Source of the DNA: Actinomycetota bacterium
GTDB lineage: Bacteria; Actinomycetota; Acidimicrobiia; Acidimicrobiales; CAIXPF01
Assembly (NCBI GenBank): GCA_034211175.1
Contig: JAXHUH010000257.1
Span: forward strand, 5,964-69,963
Direction of reading: 5' to 3'
Length of the DNA: 64,000 bases
Shown one piece after another: positions 1 through 9,287 of the stretch. The notes under the pieces are model-generated. The model was not told where the DNA came from. It saw only the letters and a program-made list of their open reading frames with translations, and searched no databases. How positions within the stretch are numbered: the first letter of the stretch is position 1; each line of letters begins with the position of its first letter. The translations under genes were made by a program, and so were the position numbers.

Positions 1-888
1 CTTCACCGCCTGGAGGAACAGCGGCAGGAAGAACGTGGCGAGGAACATCGACGAGCTGATCAGGAAGCTCACCGCTGCGCACACCGTGAAGATCCGGTTC
101 GAGAACAGGTGGAGCGGCAGCATCGGCTCCGGCGCCCGGCGCTCCCACACCACGAACACCGCGGCCAGCGCCAGGCCGAGCGCGCCCAGCCCGAGGCTCG
201 TCGGTGACGCCCAGCCCCGCTCGGGGCCCGACCACGACGTCACGACGAGCAGCGCGGTCACCGAGGCGACGAGGAGCGTCGCGCCGAGGTAGTCGATGCG
301 GTGGTCGCGCACGGGCAGGTCGAGCCGCAGGTTGCGGGACACGACCACGAAGGCGACCGCACCGATCGGCAGGTTCACGAGGAAGATCCAGCGCCAGTCG
401 ATGGCGTCGACCAGGAACCCGCCGATCACCGGCCCGGCGACCCCGGCGAACGCGAACGTGCCGCTGAAGTAGCCCATGTACTTGCCCCGCTGGCGGGGCG
501 TGAGGACGTCGCCGAGGATCGTGAACGAGATCGCCATCAGGCCGCCGCCGCCGATGCCCTGCACGCCGCGGGCCAGGACGAGCTGGAGCATCGACTGGGC
601 CAGCCCGCACAGCAGCGAGCCGACGAGGAACGAGCCGAGCGCGATCTGGAAGAGCAGGCGGCGGCCGTAGAGGTCGCTGATCTTGCCGAACAGCGGCGTC
701 GACGCCGTCGCGGTCAGCAGGTACGCGGTGACGACCCAGGAGAGCTGCTCGATGCCGCCGAGGTCCTCGAGGATGCGGGGGAGCGCGGTGGCGACGATGG
801 TCTGGTCCATCGCGGCGAGGAACATGCCGGCGAGCATCCCGCTGAGGATCCGCATGATCTCGCGGTGCGTGAACGACTGCTCGGCCAT
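1..888 (-). CDS. MFS multidrug transporter, DHA2 (EmrB/QacA) family; runs off the window start
   Basis: Manual translation MAEQSFTHREIMRILSGMLAGMFLAAMDQTIVATALP...GKISDLYGRR shows the DQTIV motif and MFS motif A; G-rich RBS upstream of ATG at 888. Confidence 0.92.
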   Translation of the reverse strand, partial: MAEQSFTHREIMRILSGMLAGMFLAAMDQTIVATALPRILEDLGGIEQLSWVVTAYLLTATASTPLFGKISDLYGRRLLFQIALGSFLVGSLLCGLAQSMLQLVLARGVQGIGGGGLMAISFTILGDVLTPRQRGKYMGYFSGTFAFAGVAGPVIGGFLVDAIDWRWIFLVNLPIGAVAFVVVSRNLRLDLPVRDHRIDYLGATLLVASVTALLVVTSWSGPERGWASPTSLGLGALGLALAAVFVVWERRAPEPMLPLHLFSNRIFTVCAAVSFLISSSMFLATFFLPLFLQAVK

Positions 889-1014
889 GGCTCCCCCCGG
901 AACGATCCCGGCGGCGAAGCTAGTCGGACCTCACGCCGCCACCCCAGTGCGCCCCCGACGCCCGCGAGCTCCCGTCCCGCCCGTCGACCCGCCTGCCCGG
1001 AGGTCGACGCGCCG

Positions 1015-1527
1015 TCATCGGAGGCCGACGTGGCGGGTGTGGCTGAACCCGCCCTTGGCGAACGCGAGGATCTTGGCGGCACGGACGGCGAACACCAGGG
1101 CGGGACCTCCGGGCGCGGGATGGGCGAACCCGGTGTCGGTCACGTCGAAGCGCCACCGGCCGTCCCACCTCTCCGTCCACGCCGCGGCCAGCCGCTCGAG
1201 CGTCGCCCGGTCGGTGACGGGCTCGGCCGTGCCCTCGACGACGACGTCGAGGCCCCGCTCCCACTCGTTGCAGCCGGTGGTGAGCACGACCGCCCGGTTC
1301 TGCTCCAGGTTCCGCGCCTTCTGCTCGTCGGGGCCGGTGCAGAAGTGGAGCGTCTCGTCGACCCACACCGTGACGAGCGGCGTGACGTGTGGTCGCCCGT
1401 CGGCGCGCACGGTCGTGATCCACGCCAGCTGGGCGTGTTCGAGCGCCTCGCGGGTCGTGGCCCAGGGTGTCGGTTCGGCTCCTGGGTCGCTGAAGCGGTC
1501 GTCCAGGCGGGTCAGCAGTTCGGTCAT
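1015..1527 (-). CDS. Pyridoxamine 5'-phosphate oxidase-like (split beta-barrel flavin/F420-binding) protein
   Basis: WITTVRADGRPHVTP and KARNL motifs; GGAGG RBS before ATG 1527. Confidence 0.88.
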   Translation of the reverse strand: MTELLTRLDDRFSDPGAEPTPWATTREALEHAQLAWITTVRADGRPHVTPLVTVWVDETLHFCTGPDEQKARNLEQNRAVVLTTGCNEWERGLDVVVEGTAEPVTDRATLERLAAAWTERWDGRWRFDVTDTGFAHPAPGGPALVFAVRAAKILAFAKGGFSHTRHVGLR

Positions 1528-1548
1528 GAGCACCTCCGTGGGTGCTCA

Positions 1549-1574
1549 GACGATCGTGGACGACCGAACTCACC
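1549..1574 (-). promoter_or_regulatory. Putative ECF-sigma promoter GGTGAG-N16-CGTC
   Basis: Same motif with identical spacing at 48977-49002 upstream of the YCII gene. Confidence 0.4.
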
Positions 1575-1578
1575 GCTC

Positions 1579-1626
1579 GCCGGCGTGGAGACCCGCGGCC
1601 GGCGTGGAGACCCGCGGCCGGCGTGG
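1579..1626. repeat. Tandem repeat, 19-bp unit GCCGGCGTGGAGACCCGCG x2.5
   Basis: Exact copies at 1579-1597 and 1598-1616, partial third copy. Confidence 0.9.
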
Positions 1627-1631
1627 CCGGC

Positions 1632-2717
1632 TCAGCTCTGGTCGTTGCCGCTCGGGAGGCGGAGCCAGGAGTCCGAGCGGGCCTCCACCGGGGGCAGCAG
1701 GCGCTCGAAGTCGCGGCGAGCGAACGAGTACGGCTCGGTGCCGGCGGCCTGCTCGGCGAGGCGGCTGATCTCGCTGGCGTCGGGCACCCGCATCGGCACC
1801 GACAGCACCTTCCGCATGTCGAACGCCGACGTCGTGGCCGACGCGCCGATGCCGACGACGGGGATCAGGCCCTTGAGGAGGCGGCGGCGCATCCGGTGGG
1901 TGGCCTGGTTGGCCAGCCAGCGCAGCAGCGCCTCGATCGACTGGCGGCTGGCGTCGACGCGCTCGACCCGGTCGCGGCCCAGCGCCTCGGCGAGGTCGTG
2001 GGCGAGGACCTCCGGGCCGGGGAGGCGTCCCGCCCGTCGGTACTGGCCGACCCGGGCGGACGCGGCGAGATAGGTCTCGAACAGCTCCCCGACGACGGCG
2101 GCGGTCACCGACGCGGCGGCTGCGGTGCCGGCGGAGCCGAACGCCACGATCTCGGTGACGCCGGCGCTCAACCCGGAGGCGCCGGCGGCGACGCCGACGT
2201 GGCGCACCGACGACCCCGGCATCGGGGCGTGGGCACCGACGACGATCATCAGCCGGTTGGCCTCGTCGATGCGGGCGTTGAGCCGGTCGAGGACGCGCAG
2301 GATCAGCGTGCGGTCGAACAGGGCGCGCCGCCCGGAGCCCCGCATCTCGTCGTAGACGTCGGCGACGAGGCCGTTCCAGATCGCCCGCATCACGTCGCGG
2401 GCCTCGGACGGCAGGCCGGGCGCGCTGCGCAGGGACGCCGGCGCCGCGGTGTCGAAGTCGAGGCGCTCGCGGACCTCGGACGGGAGGTCGTCGAGGCGCA
2501 GGGGCGCGGGTGAGGACTCGGGCCGGCGGGTCGCGATCTCCGTCGCCGGACGATCGTTCTGGCCGGGAGCCCCGTTGCGCACGGGCTCGTCGGATGCAGG
2601 CTCGGAGGTCACCGGTGGCCCATTCTGCCCGCCAGCGGCGCCTCGTGGAAGCAGGGTTGCGCGCCGGACCAGGTCAGCGGCCCGATCGCGGTTCCTGCGG
2701 GATCGGCTCCCGGTCAC
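1632..2717 (-). CDS. Hypothetical protein, possibly EcsC-like; true start may be ~100 nt downstream
   Basis: Long ORF with typical codon bias; hydrophobic Gly/Ala helices and a C-terminal LIPVVGIG motif. Confidence 0.65.
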   Translation of the reverse strand: MTGSRSRRNRDRAADLVRRATLLPRGAAGGQNGPPVTSEPASDEPVRNGAPGQNDRPATEIATRRPESSPAPLRLDDLPSEVRERLDFDTAAPASLRSAPGLPSEARDVMRAIWNGLVADVYDEMRGSGRRALFDRTLILRVLDRLNARIDEANRLMIVVGAHAPMPGSSVRHVGVAAGASGLSAGVTEIVAFGSAGTAAAASVTAAVVGELFETYLAASARVGQYRRAGRLPGPEVLAHDLAEALGRDRVERVDASRQSIEALLRWLANQATHRMRRRLLKGLIPVVGIGASATTSAFDMRKVLSVPMRVPDASEISRLAEQAAGTEPYSFARRDFERLLPPVEARSDSWLRLPSGNDQS

Positions 2718-2998
2718 AGGTCGAGGTCCAGTTCGGCGAGGCGTTCACGGATCCAGTCGAGGAGGGCGAACGTGAGCCGCGCCCCCTCGCGGAGGAGGTC
2801 GAGCAGCCAGGTGAGCACCGACACCGCCTCGGGCCCGGCCGCCCACTGCACGGCGGCGAACACGCCGATGACGGCGGCCGCGGCGACGATCGCGGTCTCG
2901 ATGACACGTCCGATCGCCCGGTCGGTGCCCCGCCGGAGCGGTCCGGGTTCCGGGCCGCGGCCCGTCGCCCGCCGTCGTCGATCGTGGGTGGACAGCAC
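2714..2998 (-). CDS. Small hypothetical membrane protein
   Basis: One TM segment (IVAAAAVIGVFAAV); 4-bp overlap with the next ORF. Confidence 0.55.
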   Translation of the reverse strand: MLSTHDRRRRATGRGPEPGPLRRGTDRAIGRVIETAIVAAAAVIGVFAAVQWAAGPEAVSVLTWLLDLLREGARLTFALLDWIRERLAELDLDL

Positions 2999-3196
2999 GA
3001 CTCCGTCCTACCCGCTCCCGGCGACGCAGTCACCACCCGCGGTGCGCAGGGTGTCGCCACCCCGACGACGTCGGCGGCGCGGATCGGCACGGACGCCGAG
3101 GTCAGCCGGGGTCGGGCCGAGGGAACACTCGTTGGTTTCACCGGTCGTTCACCACACCCTTGGCCGTGGGCCACGGAACCGTGGTTCGCTCGTGCC

Positions 3197-3988
3197 ATGC
3201 GCATCCTCGTCACCAACGACGACGGGATCACCTCCGAGGGGTTGCACGTGCTCGCCGAGCGCGTCGCGGCCCTCGGTGACGTGATTGTCGTCGCCCCCTC
3301 CAGCGAGTTCTCCGGCGCGGGGGCCGCCGTCGGCCCGATCCACCTCGCGCTGCCCGAGGTGCACGATGCCGAGGTCAAGGGCGCGTCGACGGCGTTCACG
3401 GTCGACGGGCCGCCGGCGCTGTGTGTCTTCCTGGCCAGGCTCGGCGCGTTCGGGGAGGTGCCGGACCTGATCGTCTCGGGCGTGAACCCCGGGTACAACG
3501 TCGGCCGCTCCGTCTACCACTCGGGCACGGTCGGTGCGGCGGTGACCGGCCGCAACGGCGGGATCAACGGCGTGGCCGTGAGCCAGGGCACGGTCGCCGA
3601 GGAGCCCCAGCACTGGGACGCGGCGGCCGAGGTGGCGGCGTGGGTGGCGGAGACGTTGCTCGTCGACCTGCCGTCCGAGCCGGTCGTGTGCAACGTGAAC
3701 GTGCCGAACCTGCCGCTCGACCAGCTCGGCGAGGTGGTCCACACCCGGATCGGCGAGACGCCGCCGTTCGCCACGGCCAAGGCGGCGCTGGAGCCGATCG
3801 GCGCCGGCCGCTACCGGGTCGAGATGACGGTGGCCGACCCGGTGGAGCAGCCCCGGGACCTCGACACCGGTGCCGTCGTCGCCGGTGCGGTGTCGATCGG
3901 TTGGATCGGCCCGTGGAGCGAACCGTCCCCGCCCGGCCACACCGACCGCGTCCTCGACACCGTCGCCACCCGCCTCACCCCCACCTGA
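3197..3988 (+). CDS. surE: 5'/3'-nucleotidase SurE
   Basis: MRILVTNDDGI, SGVNPGYNVG and SGTVGAA signature motifs. Confidence 0.95.
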   Translation: MRILVTNDDGITSEGLHVLAERVAALGDVIVVAPSSEFSGAGAAVGPIHLALPEVHDAEVKGASTAFTVDGPPALCVFLARLGAFGEVPDLIVSGVNPGYNVGRSVYHSGTVGAAVTGRNGGINGVAVSQGTVAEEPQHWDAAAEVAAWVAETLLVDLPSEPVVCNVNVPNLPLDQLGEVVHTRIGETPPFATAKAALEPIGAGRYRVEMTVADPVEQPRDLDTGAVVAGAVSIGWIGPWSEPSPPGHTDRVLDTVATRLTPT

Positions 3989-4383
3989 CCCAAAACGCGC
4001 AACGGCCCGGGCCTGGCACCCGGGCCGTTGGCGTCTATCCGCCCATCCGCGAGAGAGGTTTCCGCCCGTCGGCTTCGCCTCCCTCGACACCTATTCAAGA
4101 GGAGTCGAACGTCCCTGAGAATGAGGTGATCTACCCAGACGCGACGTCGCTATCATCGTTCGCCTCGCGTCGGTCCTGATCCGAGCGTCGTTCGCCGGGG
4201 GACTGGGGCACGTTCGGCGTTGGGTGGGGTGGCGTGGCCGATACCATCCATGGCGCGTTCGTGTTCTCGTCCGTGCACCTGCGAGCAGGGTTCCGGTCGA
4301 TGTGACGCGACCGCGTTCGGGGCGGGTGAGCTCGTGATCGGTCGGAGTGCGCAGGCACGCCGCAGGGAGGCAAGACGGACCAC

Positions 4384-5418
4384 ATGGAACGGCCCCGAGT
4401 CAGCATCGGGCTGCCCGTGTACAACGGGGAGCGCTTCCTGGACCAGGCGATTCGTACGCTGCTGGCCCAGACGTTCACCGACATCGAGCTGCTGCTCGCC
4501 GACAACGGCTCCACGGACGGCACCCAGGCGATCTGCGAGTACTGGCAGAACGCCGACCAGCGTGTCCGGTACCTGCGCAGTGAGGAGAACCACGGCGCGG
4601 CGTGGAACTTCAACCGCCTGCTCGACGTCGCCCGCGGCGAGTACTTCAAGTGGGCGGCGGACGACGACGAGCACGAGCCGGGGTTCATCGGTTCGTGCGT
4701 CGAGGTCCTCGACCACCACCCGGACGTCGTGCTCGCGTACACGCAGGCCGTCGAGATCGATCCCGACAGCAAGATCCTCGAGTACCGCGGCCCGGTGAAC
4801 CACGTGGACTCCGAGAGCCCGAGCGCGCGCTACCGCGCGGTGCTGCTCAAGGAGGTCTACTGCTACGCGATCTTCGGGGTCATCCGGACGGCGCCGCTGC
4901 GCACGACGGCGCTGATCGGGCCGTTCACGATGTCGGACCGGGTGCTGCTGGCCGAGCTGGCGCTCCATGGCCGCTTCGTCGAGCTGCCCGAGGCGATGTA
5001 CCGCCATCGCGAGCACCCGGGCCGGTCGATGTACAAGTACGCGGACGACCGCGACCGCCTGTGGTGGTTCGACACGAGCCGCAAGGGCGGTTCGAGCATG
5101 CCGCGGTGGAAGGTCGGCCTCGAGTACGCCCGGTCGCTGCGCCGTGCCCCGGTGACGGGCAAGGAGCGCCTGGCGTCGTGGGCGTCGTTCGCCCCGTGGG
5201 CGCTCGACAACCAGCGCGTGCTGTCGCGCGAGCTGGCCCGTACGGTGCTGACGCTCAACGGGAAGCTGCGGCTGGTGCCCCCGTCGTCGGAGACCGTGCC
5301 GGCGACGATCCCGTCGGTGGAGGCGCCGCCGTCGTCTCACAACGGTGAGGCGACCGGCGGTTCGGGTACGGACCCGGACGACGCCGGGGCGACGGTCCGG
5401 GCCGGCGACCCCGGCTGA
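4384..5418 (+). CDS. Glycosyltransferase family 2
   Basis: VSIGLPVYNGE, DNGSTDGT and WAADDD motifs. Confidence 0.93.
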   Translation: MERPRVSIGLPVYNGERFLDQAIRTLLAQTFTDIELLLADNGSTDGTQAICEYWQNADQRVRYLRSEENHGAAWNFNRLLDVARGEYFKWAADDDEHEPGFIGSCVEVLDHHPDVVLAYTQAVEIDPDSKILEYRGPVNHVDSESPSARYRAVLLKEVYCYAIFGVIRTAPLRTTALIGPFTMSDRVLLAELALHGRFVELPEAMYRHREHPGRSMYKYADDRDRLWWFDTSRKGGSSMPRWKVGLEYARSLRRAPVTGKERLASWASFAPWALDNQRVLSRELARTVLTLNGKLRLVPPSSETVPATIPSVEAPPSSHNGEATGGSGTDPDDAGATVRAGDPG

Positions 5419-5533
5419 GGGGCCGCGGGCGCCGCGGGCGAACCCGTCGGGTGCGCACGCACCGGTGGGGCCGGGGTCAGCTGAACATCACCCAGTGGCC
5501 GCGAGACGGACACGCGCGCGCCACGGGGGTGCC

Positions 5534-5563
5534 TTGACACCGTCTCGCGCACCGGACCACGCT
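5534..5563 (+). promoter_or_regulatory. Putative housekeeping-sigma promoter of the ABC operon (TTGACA-N18-CACGCT)
   Basis: Perfect -35 hexamer, imperfect -10; ~200-nt leader to start 5770. Confidence 0.4.
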
Positions 5564-5769
5564 TGAGCCGCCTGCCGCCAGGGCAGGCGTTATCCCGGGC
5601 CGGGCGACGGGACGCGCTGCACGTTCGCAGCCGGAACGCAGCCACCCCGCCCGGCGTCGTCGAGTGGTCTCGACCTCGTGGAGCCGGCTCCGCACGCCGG
5701 CCAGGACGATCGCGATACCGCTCGCCCGGCGACGCCCAGTGATGTCCGCCGCCGCAAGGAACTCACGCC

Positions 5770-7362
5770 GTGCTCCGTCGTCCGCTCTCGCTGGTTGCGA
5801 TCCTCCTCGCCTTCGTCCTGACCGCCGCCGCGTGCGGTGCCGGCTCCGACGACGACGACTCGTCGGCCGATGACACCGAGCCGTCGGAGCAGTCCGACGA
5901 CACGGCGACCGATGACACGGCCACCGATGACACCGCCGCCGACGACGAGGGCGATGCCGCATCGGGCGAGGTGGTGATCGGCCTGACCGCCGAGCCGGCC
6001 AACCTCGACTTCACGACGACCGACGGCGCGGCGATCCCCCAGGCGCTGCTCGACAACGTCTACGAGGGCCTGGTGGCGCTCGACCCGAGCGGTGAGATCG
6101 TCCCCCGCCTGGCGACGGACTGGGAGGTCAGCGACGACCGGCTGACCTACACCTTCACGCTGGCCGAGGGCGTGACGTTCTCCGACGGCGCCGAGCTGAC
6201 CGCCGAGGACGTGAAGTTCAGCATCGAGCGGGTCCAGACCGACTGGGAGATCGCCATCGCCGCCGGGATGGAGATCGTCGAGAGCGTCGAGGTCGTGTCG
6301 CCGACCGAGGTGAGCGTCACGCTCGCCGAGCCGTCGAACAGCTGGCTGTTCGCCATGACCAGCCGCATCGGGGCGATCTTCTCGCAGACCGGCGTCGACG
6401 ACCTGGCCAACACGGCCATCGGGACCGGCCCGTACGAGGTGGCGGAGTGGAACCCGGGCGACTCGCTCGTGCTCGCCGCCCGTGACGACTACTGGGGCGA
6501 GGCGCCCGACATCGAGACGGTCACGCTGCGCTACTTCGAGGACGCCACCGCGCTCAACAACGCGCTGCTCAGCGAGGGCATCGACGTGATCGCCGGCGTC
6601 CAGGCGACCGAGTCGCTCGACCAGTTCACCGACGACGACCGGTTCCAGCTCATCGAGGGCACGACCAACGGTGAGCTGGTCCTGTCGCTGAACAACGGCC
6701 GGGCCCCGTTCGACGACCCGCTCGTGCGCCAGGCCGTGATCTCGGCGATCGACCGCCAGGCCCTGCTCGACGTCGTCTACAGCGGCCTCGGGGTCCCGAT
6801 CGGGTCGATGGTCCCGCCGACCGACCCGTGGTACGAGGACCTCACCGGCGTCTGGCCCTACGACCCGGCCCGGGCCGAGGAGCTGCTCGCCGAGGCCGGC
6901 GTCGAGGACCTGTCGTTGACCTTCGACGTGCCGCAGCTGCCGTACGCGGTGAACGCCTCGCAGGTGATCCAGTCCCAGCTGGGCGAGGTCGGCATCGACG
7001 TCGAGCTGGAGACGCTGGAGTTCCCGGCGGTGTGGCTCGAGCAGGTGTTCAGCGGCCACGACTACGACATGTCGATCATCGCCCACGTCGAGCCCCGCGA
7101 CATCGGAACGTTCGGCAACCCGGACTACTACTGGGGCTACGACAACGCCGAGGTCCAGGCGCTGCTGGCCGCGGCCGACACCGCGCCGGAGGACGAGTAC
7201 GTCGCCCAGATGCAGCAGGTGGCGAGCACGCTGGCGGAGGACGTGGCCGCCGGGTTCCTGTTCGTCCTGCCCAACCTGATCGTGGCCGAGACCGACATCG
7301 AGGGCCTCCCCGAGAACGCCGTCGGTGAGGCGCTCCAGCTCCGCGAGCTCAGCCGCTCGTGA
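5770..7362 (+). CDS. ABC transporter substrate-binding lipoprotein, family 5 (peptide/nickel)
   Basis: Lipobox TAAAC; YEGLV...PRLA, YTFTL.EGVTFSDG and GTGPY motifs; acidic linker. Confidence 0.95.
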   Translation: MLRRPLSLVAILLAFVLTAAACGAGSDDDDSSADDTEPSEQSDDTATDDTATDDTAADDEGDAASGEVVIGLTAEPANLDFTTTDGAAIPQALLDNVYEGLVALDPSGEIVPRLATDWEVSDDRLTYTFTLAEGVTFSDGAELTAEDVKFSIERVQTDWEIAIAAGMEIVESVEVVSPTEVSVTLAEPSNSWLFAMTSRIGAIFSQTGVDDLANTAIGTGPYEVAEWNPGDSLVLAARDDYWGEAPDIETVTLRYFEDATALNNALLSEGIDVIAGVQATESLDQFTDDDRFQLIEGTTNGELVLSLNNGRAPFDDPLVRQAVISAIDRQALLDVVYSGLGVPIGSMVPPTDPWYEDLTGVWPYDPARAEELLAEAGVEDLSLTFDVPQLPYAVNASQVIQSQLGEVGIDVELETLEFPAVWLEQVFSGHDYDMSIIAHVEPRDIGTFGNPDYYWGYDNAEVQALLAAADTAPEDEYVAQMQQVASTLAEDVAAGFLFVLPNLIVAETDIEGLPENAVGEALQLRELSRS

Positions 7363-7413
7363 CCCGGCCGGGCCCGGTGCCGGGCGGGCGGCCGCCGATG
7401 GCCGGCTGAGCCG

Positions 7414-8361
7414 GTGGCGCGACAGGTCCTGCGGCGGCTGGCGATCTTCGCCGTCACGGTGATCGTCGCGTCCGTCCTGATCTTCGCGTTCATGGCGGTG
7501 CTCCCCGGCGACCCGGCCCGGGTCGCGCTCGGGGTGAACGCCACGCCGGAGGCGATCGACCAGCTGCAGGCCCGGTTCGGCACCGACCGCCCGCTCGTCG
7601 TCCAGTACGCCGACTGGGTGACCGGGCTGCCGGTCGGCGACTTCGGCGAGTCGTACGTGACCCGCAGCGCGGTCGGGCCCCGCATCGTCGACCGCCTGCT
7701 GGTCACGCTGTGGCTGGTCGGCGCGTCGATGGTGCTGGCCCTCGTGGTCGCGGTGCCGCTCGGCACGATCGCCGCGGTGCGCCACCGGCGGGCCAGCGGG
7801 GCGATCATCGCCGGGCTGAGCCAGGTCGGGGTGGCGGTGCCCGGGTTCCTCGTCGGCATCCTGCTGGTCACCGTGTTCGCGGTGCGCCTCGGCTGGGTCC
7901 CCTCCAGCGGGTGGACGGCACCGGTCGACGGGTTCGGCGAGTTCCTCTCGAAGCTCGTGCTGCCGGCGGTGTCGCTGGCGGTGGTGCAGGGGGCGATCCT
8001 CACCCGGTACGTGCGGTCCGCCGTGTTGGGTGTGCTCCGTCAGGACTACCTGCGCACCGCCCGGGCGAAGGGCCTGCGGCCGGGCCAGGCACTCGTCCGT
8101 CACGGCCTCCGCAACGCCGCGGTGCCGGTGCTGACCGTCACCGGCCTCCAGCTGGCCACGTTGTTGATCGGCGCGGTGGTGATCGAGCGGGTGTTCGTGA
8201 TCCCCGGGCTCGGCAGCCTGCTGCTCGACGGCGTCGCCAACCGCGACCTGCTGTTGGTCCAGGGTGTGGTGATGGTGCTGGTCGTCGGCGTGCTGGTCAT
8301 CAACCTCGTCGTCGACCTGCTGTACACGGTCGTCGACCCGCGCCTGCGGAGGCCGTCGTGA
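7414..8361 (+). CDS. ABC transporter permease (DppB/OppB-like)
   Basis: LPGDPA, DYLRTARAKGL (EAA loop) and DPRLR motifs. Confidence 0.95.
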   Translation: MARQVLRRLAIFAVTVIVASVLIFAFMAVLPGDPARVALGVNATPEAIDQLQARFGTDRPLVVQYADWVTGLPVGDFGESYVTRSAVGPRIVDRLLVTLWLVGASMVLALVVAVPLGTIAAVRHRRASGAIIAGLSQVGVAVPGFLVGILLVTVFAVRLGWVPSSGWTAPVDGFGEFLSKLVLPAVSLAVVQGAILTRYVRSAVLGVLRQDYLRTARAKGLRPGQALVRHGLRNAAVPVLTVTGLQLATLLIGAVVIERVFVIPGLGSLLLDGVANRDLLLVQGVVMVLVVGVLVINLVVDLLYTVVDPRLRRPS

Positions 8362-9287
8362 GCGTCGGGCTCGGCGACGGCGCCTCCGCGGCCGATCCGA
8401 CCGACGCCGCGGCCGGGGCCGCGCTGGCCGACCCGGCCGGCGACGGGGACCGGCCCACCCTCGGCGGCGGTCGCCGGATCACGCCGAACCTGGTCGTCGG
8501 CGCGGTGCTCGTCGGCCTCGTCGTGGTGATGGCGCTCGTGTCGTTCGTGTGGACGCCCTACGACCCGACCCGCATCGACGCCAGCGTCCGCCTCCAGGGC
8601 GCGGGCGTCGACCACTGGTTGGGGACCGACCGCTTCGGGCGCGACGTGTTCAGCCAGCTGATGGTCGGCGCCCGGACGACGTTGTTCGTCGGGTTCGTGG
8701 CCGTCGGGATCGCCGCGGCGGTGGGTACGCCGCTCGGCATCGCCGCCGCCATGGCCCGGCCGGGGGTCGGTGAGGTCGTGATGCGGGGCAACGACCTGCT
8801 CCTGGCGTTCCCGGCGCTGCTGCTGGCCGTGATGTTCAGTGCGGTGTACGGCTCGAGCACGTTCACCGCCATGGTCGCCATCGGCATCGCCACGGTGCCG
8901 ACGTTCGCCCGTCTCGCCCACAGCGGCACCCTCCAGGTCCTGCGCACCGAGTACGTGCTCGCCGCCCGGGCGGCGGGGCGGCGGTCGGTCCACATCGGTT
9001 GGCGCCACGTGCTGCCCAACATCTCGTCGATGCTGATCGTCCAGACGTCGGTGGCGTTCGCCATCGCGGTGCTCGCCGAGGCGGCGCTGTCGTTCCTCGG
9101 CTTCGGTACGCGCCCGCCGACCCCGACATGGGGGCGGATGCTCCAGGAGTCCCAGGAGTTCCTCGCCACCCGGCCCGAGCTGGCGCTGTGGCCCGGGCTC
9201 GCCATCGCGGTGGCGGTCCTCGGGTTCAACCTCCTGGGCGACGGGCTCCGGGACCTCCTCGACCCGCGCCTGTCGGTCGGCCCGTGA
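8358..9287 (+). CDS. ABC transporter permease (DppC/OppC-like)
   Basis: HWLGTDRFGRD, EYVLAARAAG and LGDGLRDLLDPR motifs; GTGA overlap with upstream gene. Confidence 0.95.
   Translation: MSVGLGDGASAADPTDAAAGAALADPAGDGDRPTLGGGRRITPNLVVGAVLVGLVVVMALVSFVWTPYDPTRIDASVRLQGAGVDHWLGTDRFGRDVFSQLMVGARTTLFVGFVAVGIAAAVGTPLGIAAAMARPGVGEVVMRGNDLLLAFPALLLAVMFSAVYGSSTFTAMVAIGIATVPTFARLAHSGTLQVLRTEYVLAARAAGRRSVHIGWRHVLPNISSMLIVQTSVAFAIAVLAEAALSFLGFGTRPPTPTWGRMLQESQEFLATRPELALWPGLAIAVAVLGFNLLGDGLRDLLDPRLSVGP

Noticed and set aside
5840-5950. Repeated GACGAC/GACACC units
   Set aside because: They encode the acidic DDTATDD linker of the lipoprotein; ordinary low-complexity coding sequence
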